A DNA stretch of 64,000 bases, taken from Elusimicrobiota bacterium (lineage in GTDB: Bacteria; Elusimicrobiota; Elusimicrobia; UBA1565; UBA9628). The DNA lies in the NCBI GenBank assembly GCA_027319565.1, contig DAHVNA010000001.1, forward strand, positions 107,526 through 171,525, given 5' to 3'. Positions within the stretch are counted from its first letter, which is position 1; the number at the start of each line of letters is the position of its first letter. Positions 37,958-46,710 of this stretch are shown here, piece by piece. The notes beneath the pieces were generated by a model that was not told the DNA's origin, searched no databases, and saw only the letters and a list, made by a program, of their open reading frames with translations. Position numbers and translations under genes: made by a program.

Positions 37958-39102
37958 CAGAACCGAAGGCGCGTATTCTCATTGTCGATGACGATCCCCA
38001 TATCCGCGAATCTCTGTTGGATGTTCTGGAAGACGCCGGTTACGAGGTTTTTACGGCCTCCAGGGAGAAAGAGGCCTTGGACAAGGTTCACTCGCATAGT
38101 TTTGACGTGATCTTGATGGATTATAATCTTCCGGATTCAACCGGAATCCAGGTGATCAAGAAAATCAAAAAAATTAGGCCGATTGATTCCCAAAGCCAGA
38201 TATTGATGCTTACCGCGGATAAAAGCCAAGAGACGGCGGTCATGGCCATTCAGGAATCCGTGGCGGATTTTCTCGTCAAGCCGGTTGATGTCGATCGCCT
38301 TAAACGAGTCATTTCAAATTCCCTGGAAAAGCTTCGCTTGATTCGGGAAAACGAGAGAATAACGCTTCAGCTTAAGAAAAGCAACGAGGAACTCGAGCAT
38401 TTGGACCGGATGAAATCTAAATTTCTCTCAATGTCTTCGCATGATTTATCCAATGCCTTAATGGCTCTTCAGGCCAGTTTTGAACTTCTTTCTCAAACGA
38501 TGAACCCCTCGGAAGAGCAGACAAAAAGAATGCTCGCTATTTCTTCCAGCATCAGCCAATTAACTCGCCTGACCGCCGATTTAGTCGACTGGGCGTCCAT
38601 TGAAAGTGGAAAATTCAGAATTGAGCGGGAAATCTGCTCTCCAGAAACTCTGCTACGGGAAATCTTGCTGGGTTCTCAAGCTCGCGCGCAGGCGCGGGGA
38701 ATTAAGTTTACGGAAAAAATAGAAAAATCCTTGCCCGATATTTATGCCGACAAGAGGCGTATTTCCCAGGTTCTTAATAACCTGCTTGAAAATGCCATTC
38801 GCTACACTTCCAAAGGCGGAGAAATTCTGGTCTATGCGATGAAACTCGCCAACGGCAATGCGGAAACCGCGATTCAATTTGGAGTTAAAGACTCCGGAGA
38901 TGGGATACCGCCAAGCGAACTCGGTAAAATCTTCCAAAGTTTTTATCAAGGCTCCGATTCCTCTAAAAGCGGACGCCTGGGGCTGGGATTGGCGACTTCT
39001 AAAGAAATTGTCGAGGCTCACGGCGGAAGGATCTGGGTTGAAAGCGAAGGAGTCGGGCGCGGCGCGACTTTCTTTTTTACGGTTCCCACCTCGAAAAAAT
39101 GA
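37954..39102 (+). CDS. Cytoplasmic receiver-histidine kinase hybrid
   Basis: ILIVDDD...LMDYNLP...KP; SHDLSNAL; NLLENAIRY; DSGDGI; GLGL. Confidence 0.93.
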   Translation: MTEPKARILIVDDDPHIRESLLDVLEDAGYEVFTASREKEALDKVHSHSFDVILMDYNLPDSTGIQVIKKIKKIRPIDSQSQILMLTADKSQETAVMAIQESVADFLVKPVDVDRLKRVISNSLEKLRLIRENERITLQLKKSNEELEHLDRMKSKFLSMSSHDLSNALMALQASFELLSQTMNPSEEQTKRMLAISSSISQLTRLTADLVDWASIESGKFRIEREICSPETLLREILLGSQARAQARGIKFTEKIEKSLPDIYADKRRISQVLNNLLENAIRYTSKGGEILVYAMKLANGNAETAIQFGVKDSGDGIPPSELGKIFQSFYQGSDSSKSGRLGLGLATSKEIVEAHGGRIWVESEGVGRGATFFFTVPTSKK

Positions 39103-41165
39103 CGACTTTTCGCCGATGGGGGCGGCTTTTCTTGCCTCTCGCTTTTATTTCCTGCGCGACAGTCAAAGTTCCCATGTCGGTAACGTTTCCGCCGGCCATC
39201 GATTTGTCTCCTTACCATCGCTTCGCTTTTGGCGACATGAACGGCAATCTCGGCCATCGTTTTCAAGACGCTTTGGAAAGTTATTTGTCGCGCTCCAAAA
39301 ATTTTAATTTCATAAATAGAGACCGGCTTAATGTGTTGACTGCGGAATATGACCTGACTCAGGCGCAAAATTCAGCGGATGCTCAAATGAACGCTATTGC
39401 GATGAAGGTTCATGGCGCGGCGTTTATTTCGGGAACCATTAATCAAAATTATTACCAGTTCATTCAAGAGTCGCCGGATACCTGTCAATGGAATAACCGC
39501 GCTCATCCCTGCCCGTTAAAAACACGGGTCGGGCGGATTCGCATCGGCGGGCATTTGGATGTGACAAGTGCCGTAAGTGGAAAATTGATTCACTCCCAAG
39601 CGATATCAAAAGTTTGTCAGGCTCAGAGCCAGGCCAAAAACGCTTCTCCGCCTCCCATCGATCGCTCGCAGTTGACGCAAAATTGCGTTAATTCCGCGGC
39701 GCGGGATTTGGCGATGCTTTTTTTGCCCTCAAGGAAAATGTTTTATCCAAGTTTCATAAAAGTGGGGGATATCCCGGCGGTGGCCCGGGGAATTGGAGAT
39801 GTGGAGGCCGGAGACATAGCCCAAGCGGCCAAGGATTTTAACGCGGCCCTTAAAGATCCCAAGGTCGGCTCTAGGGATTTTGATAAAAAGTCTTTGTCTG
39901 AAATCTATTGGGATCTCGCGTTGGCCCAAGAATATTCCTGGCAGTTTGGGCCGGCCTTGGATTCCCTCAAGAAATCATATGCGCTTAACCCGGTTTTAAA
40001 AACGCAAAAAGAAGAATCCCAGCTTCTTAATTTTGAATCCGCGCGAAGACGGCTTTTAGGCGTTACTCCCCTGATGCTGGCGGTCGAAGGTGGGGCTTTT
40101 CATCAAGTTCAAACTCTTCTTCAAAAAGGCGCGGACCCTAATTTGCAGGATGCCTCGGGAAATACGGCCTTAATGCGCGCCGTTCAGAAACAGAACTTGG
40201 CGATGGTCCAAATTCTTCTTCGCCATGGGGCTTGGCCCACGATTAGAAATAATCAAGGACTGAGCGCTTTGGATATGTCTAAAAATCCAAAAATTTCCGA
40301 TCTGTTGAGAGAAGATTTTTCAAAACCTTCGGTTTCCCATCCAGAAAAGCCCGCGCGGCCTTCAAAAATCGTAATTCATTCCGATGTGGATAAAATTCCT
40401 TACCATCTTCCGGAAGACCCGTTTAAAATCGCACTGGTCGTCGGCATTGAACACTATGAAAACAATCTCCCATCGGCTGATTTTGCCGACCACGACGCCG
40501 AAGTCATGCGCGAGCATTTAATGGCTTTGGGCTATGCTCCGCGCCATATCCATTGGCTCAAAGATGAAGAAGCGACTCGCGCGGCCTTGGTCAAAAATTT
40601 TGAGGGCTGGCTGCCTCAAGTCGTTTCCTCATCTTCTACCGTTTTCTTTTATTACTCCGGTCACGGGGCCGCCGATCCGCAGACGCATAAAACTTATTTG
40701 GTTCCAGCGGATGGAGATCCCAATTATCTTCAAGAAACGGCTTATCCTCTTTCCCGTCTTTACTCGACTCTTGGAAAATTATCCGCAAAACGGGTGATTG
40801 TCGTTTTAGACTCTTGCTTTTCAGGCCGCGGCGCGAGGTCTTTGTCTCCCACGGGAATGCGGCCTTTGGTGACCGTCTCTCCATCCGCGCCTATTTCAAA
40901 AGGGAGGGTTGTTGCCATGACCGCTGCTTCCGGGACCCAGATCGCGGAAGTTCTTAATTCCGAGGGCCATGGCTTGTTTACTTATTATTTTTTGAAGGGC
41001 CTTAATGGCGCGGCCACAACGCCAGTGAAAGTCATTACCTTGCAATCTCTCTATCATTATTTAAGGCCCGAGGTCGAAGACGCCGCAGGCCTTAAAAACC
41101 GGACTCAGACGCCGGAGTTTTTGCCGCAAAGACTTCTGAATGCGGCGCCGATTGTCTTGCGATAA
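39099..41165 (+). CDS. Lipoprotein with TPR, ankyrin repeats and C-terminal caspase-like (peptidase C14) domain
   Basis: Lipobox FISC; GVTPLMLAV, GNTALMRAV ankyrins; ALVVGIEHY, FYYSGHG, LDSCFSG, HGLFTYYFLKGL. Confidence 0.9.
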   Translation: MTTFRRWGRLFLPLAFISCATVKVPMSVTFPPAIDLSPYHRFAFGDMNGNLGHRFQDALESYLSRSKNFNFINRDRLNVLTAEYDLTQAQNSADAQMNAIAMKVHGAAFISGTINQNYYQFIQESPDTCQWNNRAHPCPLKTRVGRIRIGGHLDVTSAVSGKLIHSQAISKVCQAQSQAKNASPPPIDRSQLTQNCVNSAARDLAMLFLPSRKMFYPSFIKVGDIPAVARGIGDVEAGDIAQAAKDFNAALKDPKVGSRDFDKKSLSEIYWDLALAQEYSWQFGPALDSLKKSYALNPVLKTQKEESQLLNFESARRRLLGVTPLMLAVEGGAFHQVQTLLQKGADPNLQDASGNTALMRAVQKQNLAMVQILLRHGAWPTIRNNQGLSALDMSKNPKISDLLREDFSKPSVSHPEKPARPSKIVIHSDVDKIPYHLPEDPFKIALVVGIEHYENNLPSADFADHDAEVMREHLMALGYAPRHIHWLKDEEATRAALVKNFEGWLPQVVSSSSTVFFYYSGHGAADPQTHKTYLVPADGDPNYLQETAYPLSRLYSTLGKLSAKRVIVVLDSCFSGRGARSLSPTGMRPLVTVSPSAPISKGRVVAMTAASGTQIAEVLNSEGHGLFTYYFLKGLNGAATTPVKVITLQSLYHYLRPEVEDAAGLKNRTQTPEFLPQRLLNAAPIVLR

Positions 41166-41259
41166 ATTTTTCAATGGATGAGCGATTCCATGCAAACTCA
41201 TCTGGCATTGGATAATTCTAGCACGTGTGGGGGATTTTGGAAAGTGCTAAAATTCCACA

Positions 41260-42312
41260 GTGGGATACTTAAAAGGACTCGCGAAACGGGCGGAAGAAAG
41301 CGGTAAGGCGTATTTAAGGTCTCAATTTTTTAGGTTTTTACCGGTTTTGCCTCCGCCCAAGACTCCGGTCGACGTAAAAGCTGTTTCCCGCATTTTAGCC
41401 GTTCGTTCCGACGCGCGCTTAGGAAATATACTTCTTTTAACTCCGGCTCTGCGCTTAATTAAAGAGGCTTTTCCATCCGCACAAACGGATATCTTGATGC
41501 CGCAAGCTTATGCCGCGGCCTTAAAATTTAACCCTTGCGTCTCCCGGGTTTTAAGTCCCAAAGAATGGCCGCTTCTGCGCTTTTTCGGTTATGATCTCGC
41601 TTTTGATTTTTCCTCCTACCATGCTTTTTCTCTCTCGGGTGCGTTGTGGAGCGCTTGGTCCGGTGCGCGCTGGAGGTTGGGATATCAACGTGGGGAATCG
41701 GATAGATTCATTAATATGCCTGTTCTCTGCCCTCGGGAAAAATTTCATGAGACCGTTAATTTAGCGCGCCTGGTGCGCGAGGCGGCGGGAAGGCCTTTAA
41801 GGCCCGATTCGGATTTAAGGCTTGAGTGGCATTGGGGTCCCGGTGAAAAAGAAGAGGGAGAAAAATTCTGGCGAAATCAGGGGTTGGATCAAGAATCCGT
41901 GGCTCTGTTCATCGGAGCTCGGGATCAGAAGCGACTCCCGCTGGCCTGGTTTTTAGAAATAGCCTCTCTTTTGCGCGCCCAGGGGAGAAAAACCGCTCTT
42001 CTCGCGGGTCCTGCGGAAAGACGTTTGATTGAGAATGTGTCCTTGCCCGTAGAGACGGTTTTACTGCCGGAGATGCCTTTAAGAAAATTTGCCGCCGCTT
42101 TATCCAATGCGAGAGCGGTTTTAACGGCCGACACGGGGCCGATGCATCTTTGCGTTTCTCTTAATATTCCGACGGTCGAACTCTTTAGCCACAGCGAGCC
42201 TTGGAGGTTTGGCTATTCTCATTGGCCTTCCCATCGGGTGATAGAGACCCCAGGCCGATGGGCGGAAGTGGGAGAGGTCTGGCCGGTTTTATCAGGGCTT
42301 CTTAACCGTTGA
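41260..42312 (+). CDS. Glycosyltransferase family 9 (LPS heptosyltransferase-like)
   Basis: RLGNILLLTPALRLIKEAFP; ADTGPMHL; TGcTAAAAT 6 nt before the GTG. Confidence 0.9.
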   Translation: MGYLKGLAKRAEESGKAYLRSQFFRFLPVLPPPKTPVDVKAVSRILAVRSDARLGNILLLTPALRLIKEAFPSAQTDILMPQAYAAALKFNPCVSRVLSPKEWPLLRFFGYDLAFDFSSYHAFSLSGALWSAWSGARWRLGYQRGESDRFINMPVLCPREKFHETVNLARLVREAAGRPLRPDSDLRLEWHWGPGEKEEGEKFWRNQGLDQESVALFIGARDQKRLPLAWFLEIASLLRAQGRKTALLAGPAERRLIENVSLPVETVLLPEMPLRKFAAALSNARAVLTADTGPMHLCVSLNIPTVELFSHSEPWRFGYSHWPSHRVIETPGRWAEVGEVWPVLSGLLNR

Positions 42313-43263
42313 GGCTTGAGCTTTCGGAATAATCTTGCGGAGCGGACCTGAAATCATCGCGGGCTTGGTTTTTACCGGGCTCAATTGCGGTTTCAGGCGG
42401 ATTTTAGGCTTGGGCTTCTGCGGGAGAAGATTGTCGATTTCATATGCTGAAACGAGAACCACGATGTTTCGGTCCAGGGATTTCGCGTAGTAATAAAGAG
42501 GTTTTCCCGATTTAACGGGTTGCGGAGTTCCAATAATCCATTCAATATTTTCCTTCCCGTCTTGCGCTTTGAAAGTAAAAAGTGGCTTTTTAAAGGGGTT
42601 TTTCTTTGGCAAATCTTGATCGACAAATTCTGTCGCGCGCAGGCCAAAGACGCTCGGCCAGGTCGGGCTTGAGGGATAGAGAGTGTAGCTTTTTCCGCGT
42701 CTGGGTGCGACCTCGATTGACTTTGGAATTCCGTAGGATCTCGGGAAAAAAGCGCGTTCTCTAAAATTATCTGGGTCCTGGGTGAGTCTCGAGGCATTGA
42801 GGCCGGAAGTGATATAAATTTCCGGGCGATTGGTGTACCTGAAATAAGCGGAATTCCAGCCGAAGGCCTGCCGTCCAAAATAGCCGTCTAAAATGGGTTT
42901 GGGGCTAATAGCCGCGTAAGCGATGAGGTGCGCGGCCGATGTAGAAATTCCGTAATCCGCATAGGAGGATGGGTTTTTAGTCGCGACATCTTCAAGAATA
43001 ATTTGCGGGAGAGCTTCCACGATTTGAGATACAGAGTCTGGATCCGCCAAATCCGCCACCGGCTTTTGAACCTTCCAAGCGCCTTTGTCTTTGACCAGTT
43101 CGACTGATTTTCCTTGATAAGAAATATCTAGTTTCTCAATCTGATTGGCTTTGACTCCTTCGAGGATGGGGGCGCGCGTGATGCGGGCGTTGTCAATGGC
43201 GATCCAAACTAAGGCGCCGAAAGTCGCGAGGAAAAGAGCGGAAAGAATTAAAATTTTTTTCAT
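42292..43263 (-). CDS. DUF4340-like protein accompanying Gld-type ABC modules
   Basis: N-terminal TM; W-x-V-x-x-P...AD, YGI, Y-x-R, FRER patterns; last gene of the gldA/F/G-like operon. Confidence 0.7.
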   Translation of the reverse strand: MKKILILSALFLATFGALVWIAIDNARITRAPILEGVKANQIEKLDISYQGKSVELVKDKGAWKVQKPVADLADPDSVSQIVEALPQIILEDVATKNPSSYADYGISTSAAHLIAYAAISPKPILDGYFGRQAFGWNSAYFRYTNRPEIYITSGLNASRLTQDPDNFRERAFFPRSYGIPKSIEVAPRRGKSYTLYPSSPTWPSVFGLRATEFVDQDLPKKNPFKKPLFTFKAQDGKENIEWIIGTPQPVKSGKPLYYYAKSLDRNIVVLVSAYEIDNLLPQKPKPKIRLKPQLSPVKTKPAMISGPLRKIIPKAQASTVKKP

Positions 43264-43268
43264 GGCTT

Positions 43269-44885
43269 TTAAGAGGAGATGGGAGTCGGTTCTTGTTGAT
43301 GCGCTTCTTCTGCGGGAGCGGTGTCTGCGCCGTAGAGCGAAATCATTTTGCGCCTTCTCTTCATTTGTCTGCGATAACTAAACGCGCCGTAGACTAAAAG
43401 CATACAGGGTAGGAAAAGAATCATTCCATATTTGACCAGTAGACGCATTTTGTCGGACAAGGGCCTGAGAGGCCGATAGGTCATGCCTTTCCCGCGAATG
43501 GAGAGTAAATCGCTGTCCTCACAAGACCACTCAAGAAGATTTTCCAAAAAGACCGCGCTTGTCTGGCGATTGGCGAAATGAGAATCTAACACGTAAGCGG
43601 TCGCAATCACAATGGCCCGCGCGGATTTATGCGGAGTCAAAGATGGGGTTCCCGCAGGAGCGGGAAATTGCCCGGAAACTAACCCCGCCAGCGAGAAAGG
43701 CCCGCGCCGGTCTTTCGCCAAATTGGCGGAACTTTGCGTGATGCCGATGTTGTAGGAATTTTTAAGCCAGCTGTTGGGACTTGAGTCCACTAAAGATTCG
43801 TATTTGAGTCCATTGACTGCGGCGGTTGAAGCGAAAATGGGGTGCACAAAGGGCAAGGTAACGCCTTGAAGATGCTCGACGGCGGGGTTGGAAGAATCAA
43901 AATGGGTGGCGACCGGTATGTAAGGATATTGCTGAATTCTCATCGCGACAAATTGGCCGATATTTTGTTGAAATTCGACATTTTCCGATTGGGCGTCGAC
44001 GACAAAGCCATTGGGAATATTGAGCCCCCAGTCTTTTAGAAGCGGTCCTAAACCCAGACTCATCGGCGCGCTATAAAAGGCTTGGAAATTAACCGAGCGC
44101 CGATTAAAGAGAATTCCCAAGGGCTTTCCTTCAAACAGCCAATTTCTCAGGGCTTCAATGTCTTGGTTTTTAAACTTTTGAGTGGGACCTAAAATCCACA
44201 GAGCCGAGACATCGGAGGGGATTGCGGAGCTAAGATCGACGGTCTTTAAATTGAGGTCTTCCCGAAGCGGAGCAAAGAGGTTAGATGCCGAGGGGTCTCC
44301 CGGGTTTTTTTCGCCATGCCCAACGACAAAGCCTACGGTCGGAAGGACCGGATCGGCGAGTTTTTTGATGCGGCTGGTGATTTGATACTCCAAATCGGAG
44401 GTGTCTTGTAAAAAGGGAATAACCTGACTGCGCCCTTTATAAAGGAGAGCGATTCCCATATAGGCGGTTTTGACCTCGAATTTATCTTTGGCCATCACGT
44501 TCACCTGGACCGGGGAAATGCCCAGCGCCTGAGCGTCGTCTTTTCTTTTTTGAGATTCGTTGGGATCCAAAAATTCAACCGTAATATGCCCGTGGGCCGC
44601 AGATTTATATTCGCCTAAGAGATCGCGGAGATAATTTTCATTGAGCCCGTAGGGCGGGGGAAGATTCGGAGTGAAATAGACCTTGACGATCAGGTTGTCG
44701 GTTAATTTTGAGAGGATATGTTTAGTTCCCTTGGATATGGAGAAGATGTGTCCGGAGGAAAAATCCATTCGGGAATAAACGTAATAGGAAATTCCGTTGA
44801 CGGCGGCCAATGTCCCAATCAAAAGCAAAGTGCCTAAGCCGGAAAACAGAAGTTGCCGGAATTTGGTCTTGGGTTCTTGAGACAT
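43269..44885 (-). CDS. GldG-like ABC transporter auxiliary component
   Basis: RMDFSSGHIFSIS, DLLGEY, EFLDP, LEYQITS, GFVVGHGE, N- and C-terminal TM. Confidence 0.88.
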   Translation of the reverse strand: MSQEPKTKFRQLLFSGLGTLLLIGTLAAVNGISYYVYSRMDFSSGHIFSISKGTKHILSKLTDNLIVKVYFTPNLPPPYGLNENYLRDLLGEYKSAAHGHITVEFLDPNESQKRKDDAQALGISPVQVNVMAKDKFEVKTAYMGIALLYKGRSQVIPFLQDTSDLEYQITSRIKKLADPVLPTVGFVVGHGEKNPGDPSASNLFAPLREDLNLKTVDLSSAIPSDVSALWILGPTQKFKNQDIEALRNWLFEGKPLGILFNRRSVNFQAFYSAPMSLGLGPLLKDWGLNIPNGFVVDAQSENVEFQQNIGQFVAMRIQQYPYIPVATHFDSSNPAVEHLQGVTLPFVHPIFASTAAVNGLKYESLVDSSPNSWLKNSYNIGITQSSANLAKDRRGPFSLAGLVSGQFPAPAGTPSLTPHKSARAIVIATAYVLDSHFANRQTSAVFLENLLEWSCEDSDLLSIRGKGMTYRPLRPLSDKMRLLVKYGMILFLPCMLLVYGAFSYRRQMKRRRKMISLYGADTAPAEEAHQQEPTPISS

Positions 44886-45637
44886 TAGCTAATTCTCCTG
44901 TGACTGAGCTTTTGCGCGGTCAGATAGAGAAAGATGAAGATAAACGACGCGAAATAGAGAATATCCCGGGTATCCAAGACGCCTTTTCCCATCGTCTGCA
45001 TGTGGGAATCCAACCCGATGAAATCAAGGATGCTCGAAAGTCCGGTGGGAAGAAAAATGGCGAATTTTCCGATCACGACAAAGCTAAATCCGATTAAGAA
45101 AGCGGTGATGAAAGACACGATCTGGTTTTTGCTAAAAGAAGAGGTGTAGAGCCCCGCCGCTCCAATTAAGAGACCTTCAAAAGTCAACGCGCAAAGAGTT
45201 CCGATGGATTCTCCCCAATCCAGATGGGCCGGAGGGGCCACCAAAAACGCGAGACCAACCGCGAAAAACAAAAGCGCGGCAATGACGAGGGTATAAAGAG
45301 AAGCAAAGCCGAGATACTTTCCCAGGACGATATCCCAATCTTCTAACGGGAAAGTGGCCAGCGTTTCAAAAGTTCCGGATTTTAATTCTTCCGAGAGAAG
45401 GCCCATGGTCAAGGCCGGGACAAAGAAAGAGAGGATGATGGGCTCAAAGTCGATGAGGGTTTTAATGGTCGCCTGCCCGACCAGGAAAAGAGGCGCCATA
45501 AACAAATACCCAGTTAGAAGATAAAAAACAAACAAAGCGACATAGGTCGACGGCGATTCCAAAGCGACGCGAAGGCCCTTGTGCGCCAGGGCTTTGACGG
45601 CGTGAACTTGAAACAGCGGTTCTTCTTGCGTTTTCAT
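44885..45637 (-). CDS. GldF-like ABC-2 permease
   Basis: PALTMGLLSEELKSGTFETLATFP, IVLGKY, SSFSKNQI, GVLDTRDILYF. Confidence 0.9.
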   Translation of the reverse strand: MKTQEEPLFQVHAVKALAHKGLRVALESPSTYVALFVFYLLTGYLFMAPLFLVGQATIKTLIDFEPIILSFFVPALTMGLLSEELKSGTFETLATFPLEDWDIVLGKYLGFASLYTLVIAALLFFAVGLAFLVAPPAHLDWGESIGTLCALTFEGLLIGAAGLYTSSFSKNQIVSFITAFLIGFSFVVIGKFAIFLPTGLSSILDFIGLDSHMQTMGKGVLDTRDILYFASFIFIFLYLTAQKLSHRRIS

Positions 45638-45642
45638 TTTGA

Positions 45643-46575
45643 TTAGTTTTGAGTGAGGTTCCTGAAAATCTCTTCCAGATCTTGCCTGTCTTTTCTTAAT
45701 TCCAAAATCGGCCAGCGTTTTTCAGCGGCCAGGTTGAAGAGATCTTCCCGAACGTCGGTCTTGGCCGAGGCGTCAAAATAAAACCCCGGTTCCTTGGGGT
45801 TGTGGATGGCCTCTTCTGCCGATGACACGCCGGGCAGTTTTCTTAAAGCGGATAAAATTTCGGAGGCCGGCCCTTTGAGAGAAACAAAAAAACGGATTTG
45901 AGAGTTTTTTCCGCCGGAGCTGATTTCTTCTGAGCTTCCCTCCGCGACCAAGCGTCCGTTGTTGATGATGATGAGCCTATCGCAGAGGACTTTCGCCTCC
46001 GAGAGAATATGGGTTGAAAAAAGAACGGTCTTTTCCCGTCCAAGTTCGCGGATGAGATCTCGTACTTCATGAACCTGATTGGGGTCCAGGCCCGAGGTCG
46101 GTTCATCCAGGATGAGAACTTCCGGGTCATGGAGAATCGCTTGCGCCAGGCCCACGCGCTGGCGAAAACCTTTAGAGAGTTCGCCGATTTTCCGCCCCAA
46201 GGCGGATCTGAGCCCGCAGGCTTTGACGGCATAGGCAATGCGCTCGCGCTTTTTTTCGCCGGAGATTCCTCTTAGATGTGCGGCTAATTCTAAACTCTCC
46301 GCGACTTCCAAGTCTTCATAGAGAGGATTATTCTCTGGCAAATAGCCCAAATGGCGGCGCGCTTCCATGGGGTTTTCTGAAACATCAAGATCGAGAATCT
46401 TCGCGTGCCCATCGTCTGCCGGGAAAAAAGAAGTCAAAAGCCTCATCGTGGTCGTCTTTCCCGCGCCGTTGGGACCGAGAAATCCGACAATACGGCCTTG
46501 CTCGACTTTGAAGCTTAAATCGTCGACAGCAGTTCTTTCTCCAAATTTTTTCTTTAAACGAATCGCTTCAATCAT
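45643..46575 (-). CDS. GldA-like ABC ATP-binding protein
   Basis: GFLGPNGAGKTTT, LSKGFRQRVGLAQA, ILDEPTSGLDPNQ, STHILSE. Confidence 0.95.
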   Translation of the reverse strand: MIEAIRLKKKFGERTAVDDLSFKVEQGRIVGFLGPNGAGKTTTMRLLTSFFPADDGHAKILDLDVSENPMEARRHLGYLPENNPLYEDLEVAESLELAAHLRGISGEKKRERIAYAVKACGLRSALGRKIGELSKGFRQRVGLAQAILHDPEVLILDEPTSGLDPNQVHEVRDLIRELGREKTVLFSTHILSEAKVLCDRLIIINNGRLVAEGSSEEISSGGKNSQIRFFVSLKGPASEILSALRKLPGVSSAEEAIHNPKEPGFYFDASAKTDVREDLFNLAAEKRWPILELRKDRQDLEEIFRNLTQN

Positions 46576-46636
46576 GACTTCTATATTAAAGAAAAATTTT
46601 AGGGGAATTTGTCAATATTTCGCTTTTTTCCCGTAA

Positions 46637-46668
46637 CCCTTGACAATGTCAGGGGGCGGGGCTAGACT
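46637..46668 (+). promoter_or_regulatory. Sigma70-type promoter of the TPR-TonB operon, with an inverted repeat over -35
   Basis: TTGACA(46640)-17 nt-TAGACT(46663); CCCTTGACA-A-TGTCAGGGG dyad. Confidence 0.6.
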
Positions 46669-46710
46669 ATTTGAAGGAAGCGCCAAAAATTCAGAAATTA
46701 TTTTTCGCGC

